Positions 10,105-22,059 of a stretch of 64,000 nucleotides of DNA are shown here, one piece after another. The number at the start of each line of letters is the position of its first letter. The first letter of the stretch is position 1. The DNA comes from Saccharolobus solfataricus P2. Its GTDB lineage: Archaea > Thermoproteota > Thermoprotei_A > Sulfolobales > Sulfolobaceae. The notes beneath the pieces were generated by a model. That model was not told the DNA's origin and did no database searches. It saw nothing but the letters and a program-made list of their open reading frames with translations. The stretch is from assembly GCF_000007005.1 (NCBI RefSeq), contig NC_002754.1; one strand, 5' to 3'. The position numbers were made by a program, and so were the translations under genes.

Positions 10105-11135
10105 AAGCAGTTAGAATTCATGAATATAATAAACCTTTGTCCTTAGATGAGGTTAATAAACCTAGGGTCTCTGGACCATATGATATAGTAGTTAGAATTA
10201 GAGGAGCGGGAGTCTGTAGGACTGACTTGCACATTATCGAAGGAGTATGGAAAGACGTACTAAATCCTAAGTTACCATTTACCATAGGTCACGAAAACGT
10301 CGGTATAATAGAGGAAAAGGGTAATGCCGTAGACTGGTTAGATGTGGGAGATCAAGTAATATTACATCCCTACATTACTTGTAGACATTGTAGAGCGTGT
10401 AGGTCTGGAAACGATATGCATTGTCCATATGGGAAATTCCCTGGATTAGACGGTACTGATGGCGGTTATGCAGAATATTTAAGGACCTCAGCTTTCTCTG
10501 CCATAAAGATCCCCAAGGGGATTGATATAATACCAATGGCACCCTTAGCTGATGCCGGAATAACTGCATACCATGCCGTAAAGAAGATTTCTCAATACCT
10601 CTATCCTGGAAGCATTGTAGGTGTTATTGGTGTTGGTGGACTAGGCCATATTGGTATTCAAGCCCTTAAGGCAATCACTCCAGCTAGAGTTATTGCAATA
10701 GATATAAGTGAAGAGAAGACTAAGCTAGCTAAGGAATTGGGTGCTGATGAAGTAGTAATAGCGGGAAAGGATAGTGGCGTTAGTGATGTCTTGAAATTGA
10801 CCGACAACATAGGTGTTGACGCAATCATAGATTTTGTCGGGGAACACTCCACTCCTCAAAATGCCTTAAGGATGATAAGGAAGGGAGGAATATACTCAAT
10901 TGTTGGCTATGGCGGAGAATTTAAAAATAGCACTTTAGATTTCATAAATAGGGAGATCATGGTGGTTGGTAATCTAGTGGGTACTTATAATGAGTTAAGC
11001 GAGTTAGTAACCTTATACGTTCAAAATAAGGTAAAATTAAAGGTAAAGACGTTCCCCTTAGAGGAGGCTAATAGCGCACTTGAGGAGTTGAAAGCTGGAA
11101 GGATTTTAGGAAGGGCAGTCTTAGTGCCTAGCTAA
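10101..11135 (+). CDS. adh: Zn-dependent NAD(P) alcohol dehydrogenase
   Basis: GVCRTDLH, GHEN, CRHCRAC..C structural Zn site, GVGGLG. Confidence 0.95.
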   Translation: MKAVRIHEYNKPLSLDEVNKPRVSGPYDIVVRIRGAGVCRTDLHIIEGVWKDVLNPKLPFTIGHENVGIIEEKGNAVDWLDVGDQVILHPYITCRHCRACRSGNDMHCPYGKFPGLDGTDGGYAEYLRTSAFSAIKIPKGIDIIPMAPLADAGITAYHAVKKISQYLYPGSIVGVIGVGGLGHIGIQALKAITPARVIAIDISEEKTKLAKELGADEVVIAGKDSGVSDVLKLTDNIGVDAIIDFVGEHSTPQNALRMIRKGGIYSIVGYGGEFKNSTLDFINREIMVVGNLVGTYNELSELVTLYVQNKVKLKVKTFPLEEANSALEELKAGRILGRAVLVPS

Positions 11136-12632
11136 TCTAATTTCCAGCAATTTTCTCTTATCATCTTCGAATAACCATTTCAAATCGTTTTTTATATCCC
11201 TTGATTCCTTAGCCTCAAATCCATAGGCTAATGCAACTTTCCAAGGCGAAGTTGATGGAAACAGCCAATCTGCCTCCACACCATGCCTTGACAGTGACGC
11301 ATATCCCTCGTTATTAATTACAATCACTTTTAATCTAGTACTGTATTTTACGGCACTCCATAATGCTTGAGGAGTATAATTGAAACTTCCATCTCCAATT
11401 ATTGCCAAGACTTTAGCCCCATTTATACTATAACCTACCAATGCAGAGAGTGCCCACCCTAATAATCCAGATCTCGTTATGTAGAGAGAGGATGGTTTTA
11501 GTTCAATAATCTTTATTAAAGTATCCCTATAAGTAGGAATTTCTGCAAATATTGTATATTTATCCAAATAACCTTTCATTTCTTTGAAAACTTCGGTGAT
11601 AAAATCACCTTGTAACTCTAGATCCCTATTCTCACGTTTAATAATGTTTTTGTTTAGACCTTTATATAACATATTGTAAAGCTTGATGAGGAAATCTTTT
11701 GGATTACAGACAATAGTATCCCATTTCCTCTTTGACGCCTCTTTAAAGTCACTAGTTACCTCCACTATATTCAACCTTATATCCACGTCTGGGAATACAA
11801 CGTAATTTAACCATCCACCAATGACTAAAACAAGATCATATTTTTCTAATTCCTTCACTACATCAGAAGCCTTATATCTGGATAGGGGGCCTTTAAACAA
11901 AATATTAGAGGAGTCAATTGGAAATATACTCAAATATGGTTCAGTGTAAATTGGAGCGTTAAGTTTCTCAGCTAATCTAACTAACTCCTCATGAGCGCTA
12001 AATATGGAAACTTCATATCCAGCCACTATTGCAATCGAGCTAGCGCTCTTTACTTTATCTAATACAAATTCTATTGCAGACGTATCACATGTGCCACTTA
12101 CAAAATATTTGGGTATATCTACTTTCTCTCCTTCACTCACTTCCATATCTGGAATGTCTTGAGGTAAGGATATGAGCACTGGACCATATGGAGGAGTAAT
12201 ACTCTCCTTATAAGCTCTGATGAACGTTTTTATTGCGTCTTTTTCACTTCTTATCTCATATGCTGATTTAACGACTCCTTGAGAGATCTTTATAAAATCG
12301 CCGTAGAGGACTGGTTCATCTATCAATCTATACAAGTACTGTTGCCCAACCAATACGATAAGGGGAATTCTGCTAATAAGAGCCTCATATATAAAACCCA
12401 TAGCGTTGGTTAATCCCGGTGAGGAATGTAAATTAACTATTTGAGGTTTTCTCGTTGCAAAGTAATAACCCTCAGCCATTCCTACCGAAATCCCGTCATG
12501 GAGCGCTAGGTAGTAGTTGAAGTCTTTTGGCATGTGTTTTAGAAAGCTAAGTTCTGTAGTACCAGGGTTTCCAAATACTTGCCTAATTCCTAATTCACTC
12601 ATCAGCTTAAACAACGCATTTCCTACTTTCAT
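11121..12632 (-). CDS. mdlC: ThDP-dependent decarboxylase, benzoylformate decarboxylase-like
   Basis: FGNPGTTEL, NLHSSPGLTNAMG, GDGSFNY..NN ThDP motif. Confidence 0.85.
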   Translation of the reverse strand: MKVGNALFKLMSELGIRQVFGNPGTTELSFLKHMPKDFNYYLALHDGISVGMAEGYYFATRKPQIVNLHSSPGLTNAMGFIYEALISRIPLIVLVGQQYLYRLIDEPVLYGDFIKISQGVVKSAYEIRSEKDAIKTFIRAYKESITPPYGPVLISLPQDIPDMEVSEGEKVDIPKYFVSGTCDTSAIEFVLDKVKSASSIAIVAGYEVSIFSAHEELVRLAEKLNAPIYTEPYLSIFPIDSSNILFKGPLSRYKASDVVKELEKYDLVLVIGGWLNYVVFPDVDIRLNIVEVTSDFKEASKRKWDTIVCNPKDFLIKLYNMLYKGLNKNIIKRENRDLELQGDFITEVFKEMKGYLDKYTIFAEIPTYRDTLIKIIELKPSSLYITRSGLLGWALSALVGYSINGAKVLAIIGDGSFNYTPQALWSAVKYSTRLKVIVINNEGYASLSRHGVEADWLFPSTSPWKVALAYGFEAKESRDIKNDLKWLFEDDKRKLLEIRLARH

Positions 12633-13557
12633 GGCTAAATAATACGAGTTAATAATTTTAAAAGTGAATTATATTTCCCTTTTCGGTGAAACGACTTGCC
12701 ACAAGGATTTAAATCTTCTTAGCGTACCGTCTTTCTCCCAAATAGCTGAGAATTTATCCAACGAAATTGTTCTGTAAATATAAAAATGGGAGAGGAACTA
12801 AGGATTGTCTAGTCGGGAGTGTGGGCGATTCATGTTTCCATTGCGAATTGTAATATTCTCTATGAATTAGGATAATTCAATGAAGAAATTATTGTGTATA
12901 TTTCTAATAAAGTGAGAAAAATAAGATACACTGTAATATTATTACAATGATGAGAAAACAAGTTAATAGATTATAATTGTTAGCTATGGTTCGGGCGATC
13001 TAGAGCATCCTCCAAGGGGAGTGAAACTTACCGAACCTCCGCCTTTCCAAGAGAGAGTTGAAGGACTCGATCAAGTTATTGGATTTGAATCACTTCCAGA
13101 GTTCCTTGGGAACGGAGAGATAACTTAAGAGCCTCGGACAAGTCTCGTGCTTAATTTCACCACTCTCGGTAGATGAGATGATCTTTAACGCCTCTCTCTC
13201 CTCCTTAGACGCGTTGCGCTTGAGGTGAACCAAGCATCCTTGCCTTCTTACTTGAAGTTCGGCGAGAGAGATCTTGTCCAACGCCTTAGTTCCATCAACT
13301 ACCACCAGGACGAAGCTATACTTCTTCCAAACCCTAACCAAGAACCTCCAATAACTCATGACGTCCTTCTCTACACTTAAGGTTATGTCCAGAACGGCCC
13401 TCTTGCCTTCCGGAGTCGCACCAATCGCCGAGAGAAGGACCCCCTTTCCTCCCTTGAGCTTCACGTACTTCCCATCAACTATTACATACTTGAAATTACC
13501 ACTCGCTTGGATCTCGGGCATCCACAGCTTGGCGCTCAACTTACCTCCTAGTACAGA

Positions 13558-14704
13558 TAGCATTTATCGGAAAATCCTGGCAGTTCAAGAGGCCCATAAA
13601 AACTTTTTAAAATTAGAACCTTTAATTTTGGTATGACCAAAGAATTGACGAGGGAGGAGTACTATAAGGCATTGGAAAAGGCAGTTAACGAGGTCATACT
13701 ATCCATGACTGGAACGAGGAAGGATGTTGCCAAGAGGCTACTCTTGGGGGCGGTGGTGGGAAGAAATGCTACCGAGATAGCTCAAGAGGCCGAGATGAAC
13801 TACGAGACCGTACTGAATAACTTGGACAAGGCAGCTCAGGTTAATCTAATCGAGGTCGTGAAGAAGTTAGTCGGGGATCATCCTGTCCTTCTCATAATAG
13901 ACGACACCCACGACCACAAGCTCTACGCTAGGGCCATGCCGGTCTCCAGAAACGGGGCGCAGATCTTCTACTGCAGGGCGCACAAGAGATTCGAGTCCGC
14001 GATCCAACTCCTTGTGATTGGCGTCAAGGATCTGGTGAACAACCAGATCTACGTGATCCACATAATTGCCTACATACCCCGAAAGGTGGAAGAGGAGCTC
14101 AAGCGTAGGGGTGAGGAGGTGAAGTTCAAGACCAAGATAGATGCCCTCTTGGAGTTTCTCTCCTCCCTCTCAGGTTTGAATGTGAAATCCAAGGTCTTCG
14201 ACTCGTGGTACGTGAACTCGAGGACTCTCCAAGGGAATACTGTGGGGGAACTCAAGTCCAGCGCGCGAGTCGTCGAGAGTGGCAGATCCGTACCCGTTAG
14301 CGAGTTCCCCCAAGGGGAGTACCTGGTAGAGTACTTGGGGACTCCCATAAAGTTACTTGTTATAGATGATTATAAGGGTTACGGGAGGAGGTATTTCTTC
14401 TCCACCGACCTTAACGACACGGCTGAAGATATTATAACAACTTGGGAGAACCGTTGGGACATCGAGGTCTTGATTAGGGAGCTCAAGGCCTTGGGACTCG
14501 AGGGTGGGTCCTTCTTGACCTGGGTTAGGAACTCAGGCTTCGTGGCCTTGAAGGCTCTCTCCCTCCTCGTTGTCCAATACTTCAAGTACTCCACGGGTCT
14601 GATGCTCGGGGCCAAAAGGTTGGCCAGATTGATAAAAAGCATTTACCGTGAGGCGGGTGGGATCAAAAAACTGTTCAAGAGGAGGAGAAAACCGTAAAGT
14701 GCTA
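13558..14704 (+). mobile_element. ISC1217
   Basis: 1147 bp, 13-bp imperfect TIR TAGCATTTATCGG / CCGTAAAGTGCTA, 6-bp TSD TACAGA. Confidence 0.9.
13633..14697 (+). CDS. ISC1217 DDE transposase, intact
   Basis: LIIDDT, VFDSWY, RWDIEVLIRELK. Confidence 0.9.
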   Translation: MTKELTREEYYKALEKAVNEVILSMTGTRKDVAKRLLLGAVVGRNATEIAQEAEMNYETVLNNLDKAAQVNLIEVVKKLVGDHPVLLIIDDTHDHKLYARAMPVSRNGAQIFYCRAHKRFESAIQLLVIGVKDLVNNQIYVIHIIAYIPRKVEEELKRRGEEVKFKTKIDALLEFLSSLSGLNVKSKVFDSWYVNSRTLQGNTVGELKSSARVVESGRSVPVSEFPQGEYLVEYLGTPIKLLVIDDYKGYGRRYFFSTDLNDTAEDIITTWENRWDIEVLIRELKALGLEGGSFLTWVRNSGFVALKALSLLVVQYFKYSTGLMLGAKRLARLIKSIYREAGGIKKLFKRRRKP

Positions 14705-15302
14705 TACAGAATAGATGGTCATCAGAGCCTTGAACACCTTCTCCTCCCTTAATAACATTTCCTCCACTTGAGTCTTCACCCTTCCCTTATTGTACAGTAC
14801 GGGTAGTTCCACCGAGATCCACTCTAGCTTGTAAATGACTTCTCTCCCTTTTAACATGATCTTGAATCCCTTGAGGAATCTGTACTTTGTATAATCTTTC
14901 CTTCTTATACCCCTCACGTGCTTTGGGCTAGTCTTGTCAGTATCTTCTAAGGCTATTTTCTCGATCTCCTTGACCGATTTGTTTAATGAGGCCTCTTCAG
15001 ATAGTATATTGGGGACGAGCGTGAGGTTTCCGTTGAGATGTGTAAGCTCTTCTATGACCTCACTTGGCTGAGTGAGGTTGTAGAGGGTTTTCTCGTCAAT
15101 TGTTATAGTTTCCATGATATTACCTCACGCTTGTCTCTTATTAGTATTATCGAAAATGTAGAATCAATTATTCTTATCTGTTTTTAGAGAAACAAATTGA
15201 AATCGCAGTGGATCCGTGAATCACCGTACGTGGTTAAAAGGTTGCTTATTAATCATAAAAGTTAATAATTCATATTCAAGAATTAAAGTAATACACTAAG
15301 TA

Positions 15303-15698
15303 CTATAAATTCTCGATAAATATTAAATTATTAAACTTCTTATCCTTTAACTCTTTTTCCATTTTAAATAATGCAGAAATTCCTAACGCTTTAGCTGTTG
15401 CAATGACAGAGGCGTCAATTATAGATAGAGAATTATTACATTTTATTTCAACTATATTCTCAGCAAAATCAAATGCATTCACCACTTCAAAGTAATTTGA
15501 ATCTAACAACTTCTTAACAAGTTCCCTAGCCTTGTCTATCCCATATTTTCTACATATTATGTAGGATAATTCAATTAATGTTAAATTAGTAATTATAGGT
15601 TCTATTTTTCCACTATCCACTAGTTGAATGAACTTTTCTCCCAATTTAGAGCCTTCTAAAACTTCAACTAATACTCCCGTGTCAGTCACTACTTTCAT
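15303..15698 (-). CDS. vapC: VapC PIN-domain toxin
   Basis: VVTDTGVLV, LIELSY, DASVIATA. Confidence 0.9.
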   Translation of the reverse strand: MKVVTDTGVLVEVLEGSKLGEKFIQLVDSGKIEPIITNLTLIELSYIICRKYGIDKARELVKKLLDSNYFEVVNAFDFAENIVEIKCNNSLSIIDASVIATAKALGISALFKMEKELKDKKFNNLIFIENL

Positions 15699-15924
15699 CT
15701 TCTATCCTAGACCTCTCAAATTCTTCCCTAATTCCTTTAGCAGAACCTAAAAGTGATAGTAGTAACTCTGAGTTCTTGTTACTTTTCTTCTCCTCATAAA
15801 GGGTTATTAAATATTTTATTGTGTCGTTTAAACTAACCCTTTTACCTTCACTTAACTCTAATTCAGCAGAAATTTTAACTAACTTCTCTTTTACATCTTC
15901 ACTTACTCTTATAATTTTACTCAC
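15682..15924 (-). CDS. vapB: VapB antitoxin (RHH-like)
   Basis: IIRVSEDVKEKL..SLNDTIKYL; overlaps vapC. Confidence 0.8.
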   Translation of the reverse strand: MSKIIRVSEDVKEKLVKISAELELSEGKRVSLNDTIKYLITLYEEKKSNKNSELLLSLLGSAKGIREEFERSRIEDESSD

Positions 15925-16244
15925 AAATGTAAATAAGTGTGTATGTATATAAAGTTTACTTTGTATACTGCTTTGTGGGTCACTTCTGAAATTTATAACT
16001 AATTACGCCCATCCCTCATTCCACTGGGGATGACGTCGTTAACATCACTTGCAATCAAGAAGTGAGTATGTGAACTACCCCGCTATAAACGGTAGATCTA
16101 AAATCACTTCTCTAAAAATAATAGCTATTCGTTAATATTATTGTGAATTATGTATAGCATTTTAGGGAAATATATAGGGCTAGATAGTTTTCATATACTC
16201 AAAATTTTAGGTTAGGGATTTTCTACTACAATTCTGCCTTATAA

Positions 16245-17552
16245 CAGACGGGGGTTCAAAGGGGGCGGAAAACTTCTCTTTGAGATGGATCCCTTTGTAG
16301 AAAAGTTAAAATAGGAAAATAACGAAATACACATCAATGCCCACCTTAGGGTTTCGCTTCCGTGCATACACTGACGAACAAACCCTTAGGGCGTTAAAGG
16401 CCCAGTTGAAGTTAGCATGTGAGGTATATAACACCTTAAGGTGGGCAGACATCTATTTCTATCAGAGGGATGGGAAAGGACTAACACAAACTGAGTTAAG
16501 ACAGTTGGCTCTAGATCTGAGAAAACAAGATGATAAGTATAAGCAACTCTACTCGCAAGTAGTTCAACAAATAGCTGACCGTTACTACGAAGCTAAGAAG
16601 AGGTTTTTCGAAGGTTTAGCACGTTTCCCGAAAGAAAAGAAACCTCACAAATACTACTCCCTTGTCTATCCCCAGTATGGTTGGAAAATACTTCAAGTTA
16701 GAGAAATAAGAAAAGGAAGCAAGAAGAAACTAATAACGCTTAAACTATCAAATCTTGGTACGTTCAAGGTAATAGTTCACCGAGACTTTCCCCTTGACAA
16801 AGTAAAGAGAGTGATAGTGAAGCTAACAAGATCTGAGAGGATTTACATCACTTTCGTAGTTGATCACGAATTCCCCAAGTTACCTAACACTGGTAAGGTA
16901 GTGGCGATAGATGTTGGTGTAGAAAAGTTGTTAGTAACGTCAGATAGTGAATATTTCCCCAATTTGAGACCTCTTGAAAAGGCGTTATGGAAAGTGAAGC
17001 ATCTACACAGAGAACTTTCAAGGAAGAAATTCCTCTCTAATAATTGGTTTAAGGCTAAGGTTAAGCTTGCTAGGGCTTATGAGTATTTGAAGAACCTGAG
17101 GAGTAATCTTTACATGAAGTTGGGTAAGTGGTTTGCTGAGCATTATGACGTTGTGGTGATGGAGGGTATTCATGTTAAGCAGTTGATAGGTAAGTCATTA
17201 AGGTCTCTGAGGAGGAGATTGAGTGACGTCGCGTTCAGCGAGCTTAGAGATTTGATTAAGTATCAGTTGGAGAAATACGGAAAGAAACTCATCCTGGTCA
17301 ACCCAGCATACACTTCCAAAACTTGTGCTAAGTGCGGGTACGTAAAAGAAGATCTGTCTCTATCTGATCGTGTTTTCGTTTGTCCCAACTGTGGTTGGAT
17401 TGCAGATCGTGACTATAATGCTTCTCTTAACATCTTACGTGGATCGGGGTCGGAGCGATCCTTAGTGCCTGTGGAGCTCCGCCCTCTACCAGTACTCTGG
17501 CATGGCAGAGCTGTGAAGCAGGAAGCTCCCTCTTTAGGAGGGGGTAGCTCAC
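16245..17552 (+). mobile_element. tnpB-only IS605-family element (ISC1316-like), copy 1
   Basis: LE CAGACGGGGGTTCAAAGGGGGCGG, RE hairpin ending GGTAGCTCAC; near-identical to 37279-38595; LE boundary uncertain by ~5 nt. Confidence 0.9.
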
Positions 17553-17563
17553 CGTATAGGTGA
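16337..17563 (+). CDS. tnpB: TnpB RNA-guided nuclease with intact RuvC
   Basis: AIDVG, VMEG, DRDYNAS, CxxC..CxxC zinc finger; ORF reads through the RE. Confidence 0.92.
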   Translation: MPTLGFRFRAYTDEQTLRALKAQLKLACEVYNTLRWADIYFYQRDGKGLTQTELRQLALDLRKQDDKYKQLYSQVVQQIADRYYEAKKRFFEGLARFPKEKKPHKYYSLVYPQYGWKILQVREIRKGSKKKLITLKLSNLGTFKVIVHRDFPLDKVKRVIVKLTRSERIYITFVVDHEFPKLPNTGKVVAIDVGVEKLLVTSDSEYFPNLRPLEKALWKVKHLHRELSRKKFLSNNWFKAKVKLARAYEYLKNLRSNLYMKLGKWFAEHYDVVVMEGIHVKQLIGKSLRSLRRRLSDVAFSELRDLIKYQLEKYGKKLILVNPAYTSKTCAKCGYVKEDLSLSDRVFVCPNCGWIADRDYNASLNILRGSGSERSLVPVELRPLPVLWHGRAVKQEAPSLGGGSSPYR

Positions 17564-17572
17564 TTTTCCTAT
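17400..17572 (+). ncRNA. Predicted omegaRNA overlapping the tnpB 3' end; guide CGTATAGGTGATTTTCCTAT
   Basis: Established TnpB architecture; RE hairpin and TCAC terminus seen; 5' boundary approximate. Confidence 0.6.
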
Positions 17573-17679
17573 AAATGCTACTTGAGTTGTTGGATCGGGA
17601 GGTATTGTGCAGTTTAAGAGACGGAAGGGGTCGGATTAGGGAGTTCCCAGGGGAGGTGTTTCCTCTTTAGTCCACGATA

Positions 17680-18005
17680 GGGAGTGTTCTCATGCAGTCA
17701 TCTTATTCGATATCATGTAGTAAAATTAAATTAGGTTAGAAATTTTCACAATTAGTCTTTTCGATCGGGATGTAGCTAAGGAATTAGAACGTGAAAACAG
17801 CCTCTGAAAAAGCTTATGTGCGAGGGTTATGAAATCTTTTTGTGGTAGTACTAGAATGGATCTCGTAAACCTTGCACATAAGCTTTTCTAAAATAATGTC
17901 TTTGTTCAAATTTCTATATCTTAAACGTTAAACGAGAGTTTTTCCATACTATTCCAATATTTTTACAAATGTTTTTGAATTTCATGACTGTTTGAGAACA
18001 CTCCC
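17680..18005. mobile_element. ~326-bp MITE with ISC1173 termini (SM7-like)
   Basis: GGGAGTGTTCTCATGCAGTC ... GACTGTTTGAGAACACTCCC; no ORF; second copy at 38646. Confidence 0.85.
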
Positions 18006-20526
18006 AAACTACTATTATATCCTCATTTCAATTAATCTAAAGATATACGATTTAGGTTTGCATTGCCCCTTAGCTCTTTGTGAAAATTTAACTAATCCAC
18101 AAAGCAATATCTTGCGAAAAATATTTAATTAGTAATTTACCAGTCTTTCATAAGTATTATGTGGATAGTCCATGGCGTATGGGACGGAAAGAGATTCGGT
18201 ATATGGGCTGAGAACAATGAGTATTATAGATTTGCCAGTGTAAATGATCTGTATAGTTTAGCAGAAGCTCTTGATTTTTATCCAGAATTTAAAAATGAGA
18301 ATATCATATTTCCAGTAGATAGCAATGGCAACCCGGTGTTTTATGATTATAGTTCGGCGTCTGGAGTATCCTCCTTTGAGGTAACCGTAGCTAAAGCCCG
18401 TTTAGATGAAGTTTTTAAAATACTTAGATTAAAGAAAGTGAAAGACGTATTGTATTCTTCATCCATGTTTTTCTGGCGTGATCTGTTGAAGACAACACTT
18501 GAACTTGTAAAGTCTGGAGATATAGTTCCTACCTTAAATGTAGCTAGAAAGAGAATTGATAATTCCCTTATGCGGGAAACGAGTCTCTACAAGCAAGAAA
18601 TCATTTGGAAACCTCTAATTGAGGATAATGATATAATAAACGTAGCTAATAAGGCTCCGCCTGATGCTTTTTTGGAAAATTCAGAAAGGCTCGATTTAAT
18701 TAAATCTTTTATACAAGAAATTATTCATTATATAGTTTCAGAATCGTTAAGTGAAAACTATAACATAATATTATCGTCCATACTTAAAAGGAGAACTATA
18801 GATCCGTATTCACTAATTCAAGATGTTAAAAAATCTAATTATACACTGTACTTTGCTCTTCTTTATAATGACGAGGGAGGGAAGATAATATCTGGATTAT
18901 TCAATAAAGATGAGAATACTATAATTACATTTGATGTTATTCACAATAATGAATACTTAAAGCGGATATATTATGATCTTCTCTCCTCCACGACTAATAT
19001 GTACTATAAACTGAATGGATTGTTTCTTGGTGAAGTTAACCTTGATGCAAAGGAGCTCGATGATTTTCTCGAAATAGTTCCTAAACTTAGGCATAGAGGT
19101 TTTAAGGTATTTACAAAGATAAAGAGAATTAGGCCGATAATAAGAATAAACAGTGACTCGTACGGTGTATTTTCACGTAATATGCTGTCCGATTTTGATT
19201 ACAAGATATCGATAGGTGATAAGGACATTTCTGAAGAAGAGTTCATGAAATTAGTAAGTGAGAATAGAACAATTGTTGAATTGGGAGGAAATCTTGTAGA
19301 GATAGACGAGAAATCGTTGCAGAAGATTAAAGATTTATTATATAAAATAAAATCTAAAAAAATCGATAAAATAGATATTCTGAGGGAGTCTCTACTGGGA
19401 GATATTGAAATTAATGACGAATTATTGGATAGACTTAGGGGGAATAAATCCTTTCAATTATTGGAGCCCTATAATATAAAGGCTAACCTAAGACCATATC
19501 AAATTAAGGGATTTTCTTGGATGAGGTTTATGAATAAATTGGGTTTTGGTATTTGTCTGGCAGATGATATGGGATTAGGTAAAACTTTACAGACCATAGC
19601 GGTATTTTCAGACGCCAAGAAGGAGAATGAGTTGACCCCCTCACTTGTCATATGTCCTTTATCAGTTTTAAAGAATTGGGAAGAAGAGTTGAGTAAGTTC
19701 GCTCCTCATTTAAGGTTCGCAGTATTTCATGAAGATAGATCTAAGATTAAATTGGAGGATTACGATATAATACTCACCACATACGCCGTTTTGCTGAGAG
19801 ATACAAGATTAAAAGAGGTTGAATGGAAATATATTGTAATAGATGAGGCACAGAATATTAAAAATCCCCAAACTAAAATTTTTAAAGCTGTCAAAGAGTT
19901 AAAGTCTAAATACAGAATAGCTCTTACGGGGACGCCAATAGAGAATAAAGTTGATGATTTATGGTCGATAATGACTTTTCTCAATCCTGGGTTATTAGGG
20001 AGTTACAGTGAGTTTAAGAGTAAATTCGCCACACCTATCAAAAAAGGAGATAATATGGCTAAAGAGGAGTTAAAGGCAATAATATCCCCTTTTATTTTAA
20101 GAAGAACTAAATACGATAAGGCAATAATCAACGATTTACCAGATAAAATAGAGACAAATGTATATTGTAATTTAACTCCCGAACAAGCTGCTATGTACAA
20201 AGCTGAAGTGGAAAATTTATTTAATAATATTGACTCTGTTACAGGAATAAAGAGAAAGGGTATGATTTTATCTACTTTGCTCAAATTAAAACAAATCGTG
20301 GATCATCCTGCACTACTGAAAGGAGGCGAACAGTCTGTACGAAGATCTGGGAAAATGATAAGAACTATGGAAATTATTGAGGAAGCGTTAGATGAAGGAG
20401 ATAAAATAGCTATTTTCACACAATTTGTAGATATGGGGAAAATAATAAGAAATATTATTGAAAAGGAGTTGAATACTGAAGTTCCTTTCTTATATGGAGA
20501 ACTATCTAAAAAAGAGAGAGATGATA

Positions 20527-21699
20527 GGGAGTGTTCTCATGCAGTCATCTTATTCGATATCATATAGTAAAACTATATCAAGTTTTCTCTAATATACTGT
20601 ACTCCCTTCAAGTATGTCTCATTTAAGGGAGTTCTCTCCTTTGAAAATACGTGAGGGTACATTACATTCAACAAGGCCAAACTGTACTCCGCCATCCTCC
20701 CACTCCTAGTAACAGCTTTAGTATCCCTAGCCAGCCTCGCCAAATGAGACCTACACCAAGAATTATGACTCTCCACAAGATAAGTATACTTCTTACTCGC
20801 TACACGATTATCGAGAACTTGATAAACACAATAGTAGTCAGTATAGTTTACCTCACTCCTAGGTAACCAACCCAAGAGATAACGAAAAGTCCCGTAACTC
20901 CTATCCCCAAACTCATAGAAAGGCACACCATCAGCAAGAGCAGTCCAAATCCACAAATCCTCCCTTATCACCCCATGCCTAACACGGAAATAAGTCCAGA
21001 ACTCGTCAAACACTGTAGACTTAGCTGTGAAATTCTTGAGCTCACCCTTCAAGATCGTTAGATTCGTAAAGGCCCTTATCCCAACCCTCCTCACTAGGCT
21101 GTAAACAGTAGTCAATGGTTTACCTTCAACTCTTGATATTGCCCTCATGCTCATCCTGTTCAAGTACTCCTTTAAGATTCTCTCCCTCTGTTCCCTATCC
21201 ATTCTATGACTTGTGACGTCGTAAAACGTCCTTCCACACGCTTTACACTTGTATTTTGCTTTCCCTCTAGATGAACCGTTCTTCACTACTCTGTTAGAGT
21301 TACATGATGGACATGTTGGTCTGCTTTCTCCTCTCCTCCTTATCCCTACTTTCCTCAAGTAGTAGTATAGGGTTGATGGTGGGATTCCCGTTTTCGTGAT
21401 TTGAACTCCCAAGGAGTAGGCTGCTAATGCTAATGCAATATCCTTTAGCTCGTACTTTCTCGGCTTAAGATTTAAATTTCTTAGAATCATAAGTATTAAT
21501 TGTGCGAGGGTTACGAGGTCCATATTGGTAACCCTCACAAAAAATCTCGTAACCCTCGCACATAAGCTTTTTCAGAGGCTGTTTTCATGTTCTAATTCAT
21601 TGGCTGCATCTCGATCGAAACGACTAATTGTGGAAATTTCTAGCCTGATTTAATTTTACTATATGATATCGAATAAGATGACTGCATGAGAACACTCCC
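20527..21699 (-). mobile_element. ISC1173 (IS1 family)
   Basis: 1173 bp, TIR GGGAGTGTTCTCATGCAGTCATC, 8-bp TSD AGATGATA. Confidence 0.93.
20573..21538 (-). CDS. IS1-family transposase, intact
   Basis: CPSC..CKAC zinc ribbon, HTH, DEFW..TD..ESHN. Confidence 0.9.
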   Translation of the reverse strand: MRVTNMDLVTLAQLILMILRNLNLKPRKYELKDIALALAAYSLGVQITKTGIPPSTLYYYLRKVGIRRRGESRPTCPSCNSNRVVKNGSSRGKAKYKCKACGRTFYDVTSHRMDREQRERILKEYLNRMSMRAISRVEGKPLTTVYSLVRRVGIRAFTNLTILKGELKNFTAKSTVFDEFWTYFRVRHGVIREDLWIWTALADGVPFYEFGDRSYGTFRYLLGWLPRSEVNYTDYYCVYQVLDNRVASKKYTYLVESHNSWCRSHLARLARDTKAVTRSGRMAEYSLALLNVMYPHVFSKERTPLNETYLKGVQYIRENLI

Positions 21700-22059
21700 A
21701 GATGATATAATTTCAAAGTTTCAGAACAACCCATCAGTGAAATTTATAGTTCTCTCCGTTAAGGCAGGAGGTTTCGGAATAAATCTAACTTCTGCCAATA
21801 GAGTTATTCATTTTGATCGATGGTGGAATCCAGCAGTCGAGGATCAAGCTACAGATAGGGTTTACAGAATAGGGCAAACTAGGAACGTCATTGTCCATAA
21901 ACTGATAAGCGTAGGTACTTTAGAGGAGAAAATAGATCAACTATTAGCATTTAAAAGATCGTTATTTAAGGATATAATATCTTCTGGAGACTCGTGGATT
22001 ACTGAACTAAGTACAGAGGAATTAAGGAAGGTGATAGAACTCTCTGTAGGTGGATATTA

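Larger units (their letters stand above)
12823..15226 (-). mobile_element. IS256-family element (ISC1250-like, ~1251 bp net) interrupted by ISC1217
   Basis: Ends GGGCGATTCA / TGAATCACC; transposase split into 14702-15115 and 13090-13563. Confidence 0.85.

Noticed and set aside
17553-17580. TnpB guide self-targeting SM2 ends
   Set aside because: The SM2-like match begins beyond the seed region, so targeting is unlikely
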